IMG/VR virus record: IMGVR_UViG_3300025150_000003
Location: 105,414 to 169,413 of that record
Reading direction: 5' to 3' (one strand)
Origin: a virus
DNA length: 64,000 nt
Part shown: piece by piece, positions 55,829 to 64,000 of the stretch
Position numbering within the stretch: position 1 is the stretch's first letter
How the letters are laid out: every line of letters starts with the position of its first letter
Program-made: the position numbers and the translations under genes
Notes under the pieces: model-generated
Seen by the model: the letters and a program-made list of their open reading frames with translations, nothing else
What the model was told of the DNA's origin: nothing
The model's database searches: none

Positions 55829-57229
55829 TCAATACTCGGTATTTTCCCAAACCTTCGTGCGCCCCCGGCGTTCGATCGGGTCACAAATCTCGGCCTTCTC
55901 GGTCATCATCGGGTTCTGTGCATCAGCTCCCACAGGCCACGGTGCAGGGCCTGCAAGAGGATGGTCCACAGGCTGGGGACTGAACGTCCGCACGCAGTTC
56001 TGACCCCGTGTCTCTGGCCAAGCCAACTCGGTGGTGCCGTACACAGGCACGCAGTACCGGATGTCACCCTGGTCCAGGTAGGCGATGTTGAAATGCTGCT
56101 GCATCAGGTTGCCACGGTGACTGGGCCGCCGCACTGGGCCGATGGAGTACCGCTCGTTGGTCTGCTTGACGATGAAATCACGTTGGGTCAGCAACGGACT
56201 GGGTCCCGTCCACACCTCATAGGTGTGCTCCTTCCGACGACCCATCACCGACTGAGAGATGCGGCGCTCTGCATCATCAGGGGCCACAAGGATCTCGTAG
56301 GGACCCTCATAGCCACCCAGGAACCCCGTGCCGAAGCACTTCGTGCATCGCTGCGAAGGCTGTTTGCCGTACTCACGGGTGTGGTCCTCGATCTGGCACC
56401 CACACGGGATGCCAGCCAACTTCCTCACAAACACCTTCACCCGCTCCCCACCCTGCTGAAGGATCCAGGCGTTCCGCCGCATGGCCTCCCGCCAGATGTA
56501 GTCGAGGGACTCCACCTCAATGACACTCCGGGGCTCAGTCCATTCCATCGGAGTCTCGACGTAGCCACTGGGGGTGGAATCATCGAGGGCCACCGTGGTG
56601 AACCTGTACCAGAGAGTGACGTCCAGCCCAGAACGGACGTGATTCTTGGGGGTGTAGTAGCTGACCTCGACGGTGTCGCTGTCCGTGGGCAGGATGGGTG
56701 GTTCATTCTGCTCGGTGGCTACGTTGAAGCTACCGGCATTGACCAGGGTGACGTCCCCTGTTGAGCCGAACACCCGAGCAACGGGCACCTCCTCACCGTT
56801 GATGTAGAGCTGCACATCGGTCGGAGAGTCCCCGAAGTTGGGCTCCTGGTGAGGAGCGGCCTCAAAACGCTTGGCGATGGGGTTGCGTGTACGGAAGGTC
56901 CACTCACGAGAGTTCGGAGCGTCCCCCTGATAGACCCAGGCGGAGTTCCAGTCCACGTTCTCCCGCTCGACCCGAGCGTAACTGGTACGGTCACGGAAGA
57001 AGGTCCCACCGATCGGGAACTCGTTGATGCGACGGAAAGGCCCTCGGTCCGAGGCCTCGGACCGATAGATGTTGACCCCGACGAGAGAGAACCCCGCATT
57101 CCTTTCCAGGACAGCGGGGTCCTCCCATCGGAGGTCAAGTGTGCCAATCACGAACGGACTGACGACCTGGGTGTTCTTCGGCGGCAGGGGTACTGCCCCT
57201 GCGTGTTGCCACTGCACATTGGTCGTCAT
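55829..57229 (-). CDS. Head-closure/neck protein with N-terminal FN3-like domain (466 aa)
   Basis: GGERVKVFVRK...CGC...CTKCFGTGFLGGY...PLLTQRDFIV is typical of large-myovirus neck proteins. LRWEDP...GVNIYRS is FN3-like. Confidence 0.65.
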   Translation of the reverse strand: MTTNVQWQHAGAVPLPPKNTQVVSPFVIGTLDLRWEDPAVLERNAGFSLVGVNIYRSEASDRGPFRRINEFPIGGTFFRDRTSYARVERENVDWNSAWVYQGDAPNSREWTFRTRNPIAKRFEAAPHQEPNFGDSPTDVQLYINGEEVPVARVFGSTGDVTLVNAGSFNVATEQNEPPILPTDSDTVEVSYYTPKNHVRSGLDVTLWYRFTTVALDDSTPSGYVETPMEWTEPRSVIEVESLDYIWREAMRRNAWILQQGGERVKVFVRKLAGIPCGCQIEDHTREYGKQPSQRCTKCFGTGFLGGYEGPYEILVAPDDAERRISQSVMGRRKEHTYEVWTGPSPLLTQRDFIVKQTNERYSIGPVRRPSHRGNLMQQHFNIAYLDQGDIRYCVPVYGTTELAWPETRGQNCVRTFSPQPVDHPLAGPAPWPVGADAQNPMMTEKAEICDPIERRGRTKVWENTEY

Positions 57230-57240
57230 CTACACCGTCC

Positions 57241-57585
57241 TCACCCCTGGTCGGCCGAGTCCTCGTCACCCGGAACGGGGACCAAGGTGGGCCTGGCGGG
57301 CATCGGGGGTGCTCCCACCTGAATGGCCTTGCCGTCTGCTGTCACCGACCACGCCGTCCCATCGGGGATGCCGAGGCGCTTGCCCGCTGCCATGATGGTC
57401 TGGTTCGTCATCTGCTCCAGACGACGGAACTGGTCGTCCATCCGCATCCCCTGAACGTGGTGGACCGACATCTGATGTAGAACTTGGTCCGCCTGCTGCT
57501 TGAGCATTGTGAGCTGCTCAAGTTCCTCGGGAAGGATCTCACCGAGAATCGTGGGCTGGTCAGGGGTCTGTGTGGGGTCACTCAT
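57241..57585 (-). CDS. Hypothetical protein (114 aa)
   Basis: GGAGA RBS; helical. Confidence 0.65.
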   Translation of the reverse strand: MSDPTQTPDQPTILGEILPEELEQLTMLKQQADQVLHQMSVHHVQGMRMDDQFRRLEQMTNQTIMAAGKRLGIPDGTAWSVTADGKAIQVGAPPMPARPTLVPVPGDEDSADQG

Positions 57586-57624
57586 GATCTTCTCCGACTA
57601 GGGGGCTGATTTGCCAGTCGCACC

Positions 57625-57855
57625 CTACCCATCATCCTCGGGTGTCTGTAGGGCCTGGCTCATTCGCCGGAGTCGAACAAGAAACTGGATGACGTGTGTC
57701 CCCACGCGACCTTGAAGCCGAAGGCGCACCGGAGGGGAGATGATGTTCTGGGATCGGGTAAACGAGTAGTACGTCACCCCGTCATCATCGACATACTCAT
57801 AGACCCGCTGCCCAAAGGCCGCCTGGATCTCCCGTTTGGTCGGGGTCTTGCTCAT
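57625..57855 (-). CDS. Hypothetical protein (76 aa)
   Basis: First gene of the late minus-strand run, divergent from thyX. Confidence 0.6.
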   Translation of the reverse strand: MSKTPTKREIQAAFGQRVYEYVDDDGVTYYSFTRSQNIISPPVRLRLQGRVGTHVIQFLVRLRRMSQALQTPEDDG

Positions 57856-57952
57856 TGCTTGGCTCTCATCTCACCCGTCCCTCCCTTCCTGCTACACGGT
57901 CCATCCTACTCTCTGTGAGGGTATAGAAGGACAACCACCGGGAGAGAAGCCC

Positions 57953-58894
57953 ATGCCTGTACCTGAACGACTCCTACCCTTCACCACCCCCATCCCTGTT
58001 CTCGACGATGGGCACGTCCAACTTGTGGACGTAATGGGAGATGACCTGGCCATCGTGGATGCTGCTCGGGTCAGCTTCTTCGGACACTCCTCTGAGAACA
58101 CCGAGAGCCAGAACCGACACCTGCTCCGCTACCTGATGCGGGGACGCCACACCTCCCCGTTCGAGATGTGTGTCATCAAGCTCCGGGTCCGAGTCCCGAT
58201 GGACACCTGGAGGCAGTGGATTCGGCACCGTACAGCCTCCGTGAACGAATCCAGCACCAGGTACGCCCCGGCCATCGACGCGGCTCAGAAGGCCACAGAA
58301 TGGCGGGCTCAGAGCACCGACAACAAGCAGGGGTCGAACGGGCTGGTGACGGAGTGGCCGGCAGAGTTCAGGATGATGGGGATTGAGAGCACTCCTGTAA
58401 GCGACCTCCCCGTGACCCCTACGGAGTATCTGTCCCTCCGAGAAGGACAGGCGCAGAACCTGTCTCGCGAGGTCTACGAGGAGCGTCTCTCGTTCGGTGT
58501 CGCCAAGGAGGTCGCCCGCAAGGACCTTCCGTTGAGCACCTACACCGAGGCGTATTGGGCCATCGACCTCCACAACCTCTTCCACTTCCTCTCCCTGCGA
58601 ATGGACTCCCACGCCCAGCAGGAGATCCGGGAGTACGCCAGCGCCATCGCCGAGATCGTGAAGGTCTGGGTCCCCTGGGCCTGGGAAGCCTTCGAGGACT
58701 ACCGCCTGGGCGCGATGTACCTCTCGAAGTTCGAGGTGCTCGCCCTACGGCACGTCCTCTCCCGCCTCACCGCCGAGGGCTACAAGACCGATGCCCTCAT
58801 CCGTGGTGCCGTGGCAGCCGTTGGGGTCACGGGGAGAGAGAAAACCGAGCTGATGGCCAAGCTGGAAGGGCTGTTCCAGCCCCCGAGCGAGTAG
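57953..58894 (+). CDS. thyX: FAD-dependent thymidylate synthase
   Basis: Motifs IVDAARVS, HTSPFE, RQWIRHRTASVNESSTRY, EVARKDLP, LRMDSHAQQEIR. Start moved to ATG 57953 after the GGAG RBS. Confidence 0.95.
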   Translation: MPVPERLLPFTTPIPVLDDGHVQLVDVMGDDLAIVDAARVSFFGHSSENTESQNRHLLRYLMRGRHTSPFEMCVIKLRVRVPMDTWRQWIRHRTASVNESSTRYAPAIDAAQKATEWRAQSTDNKQGSNGLVTEWPAEFRMMGIESTPVSDLPVTPTEYLSLREGQAQNLSREVYEERLSFGVAKEVARKDLPLSTYTEAYWAIDLHNLFHFLSLRMDSHAQQEIREYASAIAEIVKVWVPWAWEAFEDYRLGAMYLSKFEVLALRHVLSRLTAEGYKTDALIRGAVAAVGVTGREKTELMAKLEGLFQPPSE

Positions 58895-58897
58895 GGC

Positions 58898-59506
58898 GTG
58901 AGCAAGGTTTACCCTGTCATCCACACCGTGAGTGTCCCGCAGGCTACCAGGAACATCGAGCACGCCATCACTGCGGGTGCCGACGGGGTGTTCTTGATCA
59001 ACCACGACATCGACGTGATGGATCTGAACGTCATCCTTCGGCGAATGAGGGTCGCGTTTCCTGATCTATGGTTGGGGGTCAACTACCTGGGTGGACCTGA
59101 GCACCTCCTGCCTCTCATGGCCACCCACGCCAACGGCCTGTGGATGGATGGGATCCCAAGGAACCGCCTGAACCTCGACATTCCTGTCCTCGGGGGTGTC
59201 GGGTTCAAGTACCAACACAGTGATCTCACCCTTGCCCTGGAAGTCGCAGGGGCAGACCCACTGGTTGATGTTCTTGTCACCAGTGGTACGGCTACCGGCC
59301 AGCCCACACCTTTGGCCAAGGTCCAAGAGATTCGTGGCCTGGTGCCGGACAAGCCCCTTGGGATAGCATCGGGCCTCACCCCGGACAACGTCCGAGACTA
59401 CCTGCCCTGGGCGGACTGGCTCCTGGTTGCAACAGGCGTCAGCCTGAACCACCTGGAGCTAGACCTTGGGCTTCTTCAAGCCTTCGTTCAGGCAGTGCGA
59501 GCATGA
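58898..59506 (+). CDS. BtpA/SgcQ-family TIM-barrel protein
   Basis: AGADGVFLINH, LGVNYL, GGVGFKY, DVLVTSGTATG, IASGLTPDNV, LLVATGVS. Confidence 0.75.
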   Translation: MSKVYPVIHTVSVPQATRNIEHAITAGADGVFLINHDIDVMDLNVILRRMRVAFPDLWLGVNYLGGPEHLLPLMATHANGLWMDGIPRNRLNLDIPVLGGVGFKYQHSDLTLALEVAGADPLVDVLVTSGTATGQPTPLAKVQEIRGLVPDKPLGIASGLTPDNVRDYLPWADWLLVATGVSLNHLELDLGLLQAFVQAVRA

Positions 59507-59880
59507 GGGGCGGAGAACACCTATACGTCATCCAGAGTCACACAACGGGAGCGTTCAAGGTGGGACGGTCATCCAACCCTGAACGCAGGCTTCACGACTT
59601 GCAGGTTGGCTCCCCCTTCAAACTCCGACTGATTCTTGTCGTCGAGGGGATGGGCTGGCGGGAGAAACGGGTCCACGAGGCCTTGCAGGGCTACCACTCA
59701 CAGGGAACCTACGAGGGGGAGTGGTTCATCGAACCTGGTCTTGCCACCCTGCCCCTCGACCTCTATGAGCAGCTTGACCTCGACATGGTCAACACCTGGT
59801 GGGAGACGGAGGCTGGTCCTATCCATTCTCCGGGGCCGGTGGCAGCTCCTCGACGGCATCGTCCTCTGCTGGGGGACTGA
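59503..59880 (+). CDS. GIY-YIG nuclease (T5orf172/Mug113-like)
   Basis: LYVIQ...FKVGRSSNPERRLHDLQVGSP...EKRVH...GEWF. Confidence 0.85.
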   Translation: MRGGEHLYVIQSHTTGAFKVGRSSNPERRLHDLQVGSPFKLRLILVVEGMGWREKRVHEALQGYHSQGTYEGEWFIEPGLATLPLDLYEQLDLDMVNTWWETEAGPIHSPGPVAAPRRHRPLLGD

Positions 59881-60193
59881 CGTAGAGGAGTTCACCGTCC
59901 TCAGTCGGACGTCGGACACCGATCACCCGAGCGCAGTAACGCCCCTCAGAGACTTCCACCACAAAGTGGTCGGGGAAAATCACGAGGGTCCGCTCATGTG
60001 TCATCGGGATGTCCTCATCATCATCCTGAGTGGTGTTCTCCCCCACGTATAGCGCCACTGAATGGTCATCATACGTGATGGCCACTGCACCTTTCTCTCG
60101 CGTGTTGATGTAACAGAAGAGCGTGTCCTCTGTAAGAGTCCCACGGACAGACTCAACGTGGATGGGACCCGGCTCAATTCGAATCTGTTGCAT
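59819..60193 (-). CDS. Hypothetical protein (124 aa)
   Basis: AGGAG RBS before ATG 60193; 62-nt convergent overlap with the GIY-YIG gene. Confidence 0.55.
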   Translation of the reverse strand: MQQIRIEPGPIHVESVRGTLTEDTLFCYINTREKGAVAITYDDHSVALYVGENTTQDDDEDIPMTHERTLVIFPDHFVVEVSEGRYCARVIGVRRPTEDGELLYVSPPAEDDAVEELPPAPENG

Positions 60194-60201
60194 CACAACT
60201 C

Positions 60202-60783
60202 CTAGTCTCCGAGCCAAAACTCGATGCGGTTCCATTCCGGCCGTGCATCAGGACCATCAAAGATGGTGACCTCCACGCCTTGCACGACGTGACCTCGGTC
60301 CCCACGATCCCCGATGTGAAGGAAGGTGTTCTCAGAGATAGAATACTCGCCTCCCTTCCAGCCGGTCATCGTGTACTGGATCTCCTCCTTGAGAAAGGCA
60401 GCCAGATCATCCGAGTAGACGATAGGGGCGTTTTCCCCATCCACTGGGCGGATGGCGTACTCCGCATAGTTCGCTCGGGAACTGTCCCCGGACAGGGACA
60501 GGGACACCTGCTCCCCGCTGGGATGATGCACCCCATAGACGGGCAGGTGATGTGCTGCCAGGGTCTTGATGATCTCACCGAGCAGAGGGTACTCCGGGTG
60601 GAACTTCAACCCCCGCACGAGGTCGGCGTCCGCCTCTTCCACCATCTTGGCGAGCAGGGCTTGCAGATCCTCGGCCGAGATGTCCTCTGGAACCCCATTG
60701 TGGGCGGACCCACAATGGTCTCCCCGCCGGGGCTTGTCGTCCTTCGACCAGACCGAGATCTGGATCGTGTGTGTGAGCTTCAC
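60202..60783 (-). CDS. Hypothetical phage protein (193 aa)
   Basis: Coupled ORF; motif TMTGWKGGEYSI. Confidence 0.65.
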   Translation of the reverse strand: MKLTHTIQISVWSKDDKPRRGDHCGSAHNGVPEDISAEDLQALLAKMVEEADADLVRGLKFHPEYPLLGEIIKTLAAHHLPVYGVHHPSGEQVSLSLSGDSSRANYAEYAIRPVDGENAPIVYSDDLAAFLKEEIQYTMTGWKGGEYSISENTFLHIGDRGDRGHVVQGVEVTIFDGPDARPEWNRIEFWLGD

Positions 60784-61337
60784 GACTCACCTCGAAGGGC
60801 CTCATCGACCCAAGCAGTCCCGTAAGCCTCGCCCACCTCTGACCGCCACTCGGCCAACTGGTGCTCGATGTGCAGGGGCAGCCAGTCCGCCACGGGGTAG
60901 CCGCACGAGTCGAGGCGGTGGTCCACGATAAGCATCACGATGTCGAGATTCATCGAAATCGGGTGCTCCGCAGGGACCGTGTTCAGCTCATGCAGGCGAT
61001 CGCGCTCTACCTCGGTGAGAGGGGACTTCTGGCACGCGAGACGGGCCTTCTCCTTGTAGAGAGCCCGGCACTGCACGTCCGAGACTCGCAGAGCACATTC
61101 ACGAGCGGCCACCAGGCGGTGCACCAAAGCGGCCTCACTGGCCGCCCCGCAGTCGCGGACCCAGGGGGAGTTCTTCGCTGCCAGGAACTCGTACTCCTTG
61201 GTGAACTGACCAACCAACCCCTCTGGCACCGTCACGATGACGCGGGGGTACTTGGCCGTTCTACGGTCGTGGGCAGCCATCATCGCCTTCCCTTCAGGGG
61301 AATCCAAGTAACCCAAGATGTCGCTGATGTCTGCCAT
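60780..61337 (-). CDS. Hypothetical protein (185 aa)
   Basis: Downstream of motif copy 5; GGAGG/AGGA RBS before ATG 61337. Confidence 0.65.
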   Translation of the reverse strand: MADISDILGYLDSPEGKAMMAAHDRRTAKYPRVIVTVPEGLVGQFTKEYEFLAAKNSPWVRDCGAASEAALVHRLVAARECALRVSDVQCRALYKEKARLACQKSPLTEVERDRLHELNTVPAEHPISMNLDIVMLIVDHRLDSCGYPVADWLPLHIEHQLAEWRSEVGEAYGTAWVDEALRGES

Positions 61338-61356
61338 TGTGTTCCTAGCCTCCACC

Positions 61357-61388
61357 CCTACTACGGGTGAAGGCTAGGAATTGAGCCC
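61357..61388 (-). promoter_or_regulatory. GGCTCAA-N15-CGTAGTAG motif, copy 5 (minus strand)
   Basis: Minus strand reads GGGCTCAA ttcctagccttcacc CGTAGTAGG. Confidence 0.8.
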
Positions 61389-61398
61389 TTCATTTTAG

Positions 61399-61430
61399 GG
61401 GCTCAACTCGGTGAACCCATCCGTAGTAGG
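61399..61430 (+). promoter_or_regulatory. GGCTCAA-N15-CGTAGTAG motif, copy 6
   Basis: GGGCTCAA ctcggtgaacccatc CGTAGTAGG; back-to-back with copy 5. Confidence 0.8.
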
Positions 61431-61460
61431 TGGGCAAGCAGAGAACCACGGAGAACCACG

Positions 61461-61928
61461 ATGAAGTACGACCCCGACAACAGCAACGATCGTAGGACTC
61501 TGGCCTACGAGTTGCTCGCCCTGTTCGAGCGGTCGCTCTTCACCGAGATCTTCCTCCCCGGCGTGAAGGAGCGGGTGTTCGCCCGCGACGTGCCCGGGAG
61601 CAAGATACGAGTCCTCATCTACTCCACCATCGAAGGCAACTTCTGTCGCGGGGTTGGCAAGGACGCCATCCGCGTCTGCGCCATCTACCAGGCCGACAAC
61701 GGCTCTTCCCGGGGCATCACCTCCGCTGACAAGCGAGTGAACCGCACGGGTGAGATCTCGGCCATCACCGAGCGTGTCATCGACCGGATGCGCCAGTGCT
61801 GGAAGGCCACGAAGACCGTCGAGCGGTGCCACTGTGGTGCCCCGAAGTTCAAGAGCAAGGCCGGCAACATGGTCTGCTCGGATCTCTGCTGGAAGAAGTC
61901 CAACACCTCCTACGCTCACGGCTACTGA
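61461..61928 (+). CDS. Hypothetical protein with C-terminal Zn ribbon (155 aa)
   Basis: CHCGAP...CSDLCW; GGAGA RBS within a tandem GAGAACCACG repeat. Confidence 0.7.
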   Translation: MKYDPDNSNDRRTLAYELLALFERSLFTEIFLPGVKERVFARDVPGSKIRVLIYSTIEGNFCRGVGKDAIRVCAIYQADNGSSRGITSADKRVNRTGEISAITERVIDRMRQCWKATKTVERCHCGAPKFKSKAGNMVCSDLCWKKSNTSYAHGY

Positions 61929-61929
61929 G

Positions 61930-62196
61930 ATGATACTCAAGCAGTACCACTGCCCTGAATGCGGGGGCTCCCCCCGCTACTTCGTCCGAGAGGCCAGGGT
62001 GCCCGTGTCTCACGGCCCCAGCGTCGGGGCCACGGGCTGTTTCCGCTACGTGGCCCCGCTCTCCAGCCAAGATCCCAAGCTCTGTGCCCGATGCAGGACA
62101 CAGCACCACTTCGACATCAAGATCCCTGATGTCCCCCCGACCCTTGAGTGTTGGAATGGGCATCAGTGGACCACAGAAGAGATCGACCCGGAGTAA
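61930..62196 (+). CDS. Small Cys-rich Zn-finger protein (88 aa)
   Basis: CPEC...CARC...CWNGH; start moved to ATG 61930. Confidence 0.6.
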   Translation: MILKQYHCPECGGSPRYFVREARVPVSHGPSVGATGCFRYVAPLSSQDPKLCARCRTQHHFDIKIPDVPPTLECWNGHQWTTEEIDPE

Positions 62197-62200
62197 CACG

Positions 62201-62407
62201 ATGCACACCAAGCCTAGCCACCACCTCACCAACGAACTGCGGCGGATCTTCCGCACGGGCAATCAACTCGGAATGCAGGCCTTCTTCGACGCAGTCTACC
62301 AGGCTGCAGGTTCAGAGTTCCGAGAAGACACACGTCAAGCTCTGGATCTCTTTCTCAAAGAGAAAATCGACAAAGCATCCGCCGAGTTCTGGGGCAAACC
62401 GGAGTAG
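62201..62407 (+). CDS. Hypothetical protein (68 aa)
   Basis: GGAG RBS before ATG 62201. Confidence 0.6.
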   Translation: MHTKPSHHLTNELRRIFRTGNQLGMQAFFDAVYQAAGSEFREDTRQALDLFLKEKIDKASAEFWGKPE

Positions 62408-62412
62408 TACCT

Positions 62413-62634
62413 ATGCGTATGTTCAACCTGGTGTACACCGACCACTGTGGGGCGGCCTACTGCCTCCCGGCTCAAGACGAGACCAGCCTGATGCGGCTGC
62501 TCGACCCCTTCTTCAACTGCAACTCAGGAGCCATCATGACCTGGGCCAAGACCGCTCAGGTCGGTGATGTGTTCGTGCAGAAGTACACCTTCTGGATCTT
62601 CTGCTGCTCGGGCAAGGAAACCGTATCCGAGTAG
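62413..62634 (+). CDS. Hypothetical protein (73 aa)
   Basis: GGAG RBS; stop overlaps motif copy 7. Confidence 0.6.
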   Translation: MRMFNLVYTDHCGAAYCLPAQDETSLMRLLDPFFNCNSGAIMTWAKTAQVGDVFVQKYTFWIFCCSGKETVSE

Positions 62635-62665
62635 GGCTCAAGTTGGTGAAGTCCTCCGTAGTAGA
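62634..62665 (+). promoter_or_regulatory. GGCTCAA-N15-CGTAGTAG motif, copy 7
   Basis: GGGCTCAA gttggtgaagtcctc CGTAGTAGA. Confidence 0.8.
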
Positions 62666-62676
62666 GGCAGGAGGAT

Positions 62677-62880
62677 ATGATGTTCATTTCCGTCGAAGAC
62701 TTCTGGCGCAACTACTACCGCAAAGCGGAGTTCAAGCTCGTCGCTGACGAGTTCGCCAAGGCCTTGGGCTACGAGACGGTCAAGCACTGCAAGAGCGTGG
62801 AAGACCAAGACCTCCTCATCGAGATGTTCCACAAGGAACAGCGCGACAAACTGTTCAAGAACTGGAGCAAGTCACCATGA
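62677..62880 (+). CDS. Hypothetical protein (67 aa)
   Basis: AGGAGG RBS. Confidence 0.65.
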   Translation: MMFISVEDFWRNYYRKAEFKLVADEFAKALGYETVKHCKSVEDQDLLIEMFHKEQRDKLFKNWSKSP

Positions 62881-63200
62881 CCGCCCTCATCATGATCCTG
62901 GTCACCCTGGCGTTTCTGTGGCTCCTACGCCACCGCATCTACTGTGCCTTCAAGGGCCACCAGTGGCACGAGGGTGAGGACACCCTGCGCAGCATCCATG
63001 ACAGCGGTGGCTTCTACTTCGGGGGTTACACCTGGAAATGCCAGCGGTGTGGTTCCCAAACCGAGGTTGGCGATGCCCCACCGCCCAACCACTCCTGGGA
63101 CCATCGCTGGTGTGACCCCAACGCCGACCCCTTCAAATGGTCTGGAAAAGAGGGGAAATGCTTCGAAGCCTACCGCCACCTCCACCCCAAAGGACGCTAA
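62877..63200 (+). CDS. Membrane-anchored Zn-binding small protein (107 aa)
   Basis: N-terminal TM helix, then CxxxGHxW...CxRCG. Confidence 0.6.
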   Translation: MTALIMILVTLAFLWLLRHRIYCAFKGHQWHEGEDTLRSIHDSGGFYFGGYTWKCQRCGSQTEVGDAPPPNHSWDHRWCDPNADPFKWSGKEGKCFEAYRHLHPKGR

Positions 63201-63204
63201 CTCC

Positions 63205-63441
63205 ATGGCTCCCCCACAAGGAATCCCCGCCAAGGTGACGAAGATTCAAGGACGCCAAGCCTTTGTGGTTCCTCAAGCGGACTCCCCTGCCAACATCTCC
63301 AAAGGGGGGTGGTTTCGTGTCCTCTGTGCGAGCATCGGGGATGAGGGCTTGCTCATCCCCCCAAGGGCTGGAGCCCGATTTCAGGACTGGCTCTTCGCCC
63401 CAACACACCTGAATCCACACTGGAACACCAAAGGAACCTGA
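63205..63441 (+). CDS. Hypothetical protein (78 aa)
   Basis: AAGGA RBS before ATG 63205. Confidence 0.55.
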   Translation: MAPPQGIPAKVTKIQGRQAFVVPQADSPANISKGGWFRVLCASIGDEGLLIPPRAGARFQDWLFAPTHLNPHWNTKGT

Positions 63442-63443
63442 TC

Positions 63444-63782
63444 ATGGCACGCAATCCGACCTCGGCCGCAATGAAGGCCACGACCATCAGCACCCTCTTG
63501 GAGGGTTGCCACAAGTTCAACTCGACCTACCAGGGTTCCCTGATCGTGGGAACCGGCATCGGCATCGACATCGTCGATGGACTCGAAGCCGAGTATGAGT
63601 CCGCCACGGACCTGACTCGCCGCGAGGTGGCAGGGACCCTCCTTCAGGGATGCCGGATGGCTCTTCGGGGCCAACTCAACATGGCCGCCCACAACGCAAT
63701 CCGTGCCCTCGGGGCGATGGGGGTTCCCAGGACCCAGCGGATCAAGCAGTTCTGCACCGATGCCGGCATCGTGCGGCTGTGA
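63444..63782 (+). CDS. Hypothetical protein (112 aa)
   Basis: AAGGA RBS; packed ORF. Confidence 0.65.
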   Translation: MARNPTSAAMKATTISTLLEGCHKFNSTYQGSLIVGTGIGIDIVDGLEAEYESATDLTRREVAGTLLQGCRMALRGQLNMAAHNAIRALGAMGVPRTQRIKQFCTDAGIVRL

Positions 63783-63985
63783 CCACCACCTTCGCCGTCG
63801 GCGACATCGTGACCTACAAGGCGCAGTTCCTGCGGGACATCGGGATCCATACTGATGTCCCCATCAACGGAAGGGTCGCCAAGGTCAAAGGTGAGATCGT
63901 CACGGTCGAGTTCCCGGAACAAACCGTGCCCTGCCACCGAAGCAACCTGATTCTCTTCAATGAGAGACACCTAGAACCTCGCTGA
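63779..63985 (+). CDS. Small SH3/KOW-like protein (68 aa)
   Basis: GTGA-coupled start; FAVGDIV...GRVAKV...VTVEF...NL. Confidence 0.6.
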   Translation: MTTTFAVGDIVTYKAQFLRDIGIHTDVPINGRVAKVKGEIVTVEFPEQTVPCHRSNLILFNERHLEPR

Positions 63986-64000
63986 TATAGTCGGCATCCC

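Noticed and set aside
1-57229. Bacterial eCIS, tailocin or T6SS locus
   Set aside because: Neck/head-closure genes, thyX, probable homing endonucleases and dense small phage-like ORFs indicate a phage. No AAA+ ATPase or membrane-complex genes.
57898-57930. Eighth copy of the GGCTCAA motif upstream of thyX
   Set aside because: Poor match to both boxes; better explained as the reverse complement of the candidate late promoter.
39434-62665. GGCTCAA motif as a CRISPR, TIGR or attC-type repeat
   Set aside because: Copies are dispersed and non-palindromic with -35/-10 geometry. No Cas, Nop-domain or integrase gene is in the window.
1-64000. Stop-codon reassignment as in some jumbo phages
   Set aside because: Very long ORFs are intact under the standard code, and TAG, TGA and TAA all end tightly packed genes.
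1-64000. tRNA genes, introns or inteins
   Set aside because: No cloverleaf with a T-loop, no group I/II core and no intein terminal motifs seen by eye. tRNAscan-SE and Infernal would be needed to exclude them.

Overview
GC-rich window from a large tailed phage with a contractile tail (myovirus, probably jumbo class). The minus strand carries the late virion module. Read right to left it runs: neck/head-closure and tail-completion genes, a 1785-aa tail sheath, tail tube, two chaperone-like genes, tape measure, two tube-initiator paralogs, a baseplate hub with an inserted lysozyme domain, a gp5/VgrG-like spike, a 3714-aa structural protein, a gp25-like wedge, and a baseplate J-like gene that runs off the left edge. 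Sheath and tube are separated by a ~10.5 kb island of mostly small plus-strand genes, with a free-standing endonuclease at each end. The right end holds thyX, a BtpA-like gene, a GIY-YIG gene and more small genes. The main unannotated signals are four. (1) Seven copies of a fixed-spacing bipartite motif, GGCTCAA-N15-CGTAGTAG, head the small-gene cassettes, two of them giving leaderless starts. (2) A structured RNA element with covarying stems occurs twice, in the sheath leader and in the tube-to-chaperone spacer. (3) A degenerate MotA/TolQ/ExbB (AglR-like) stator homolog points to a Myxococcota-like host. (4) An RBS-occluding hairpin with an internal sigma70-like promoter precedes a Zn-finger/Vsr-like endonuclease. 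All family calls come from motif recognition by eye; no database searches were run.
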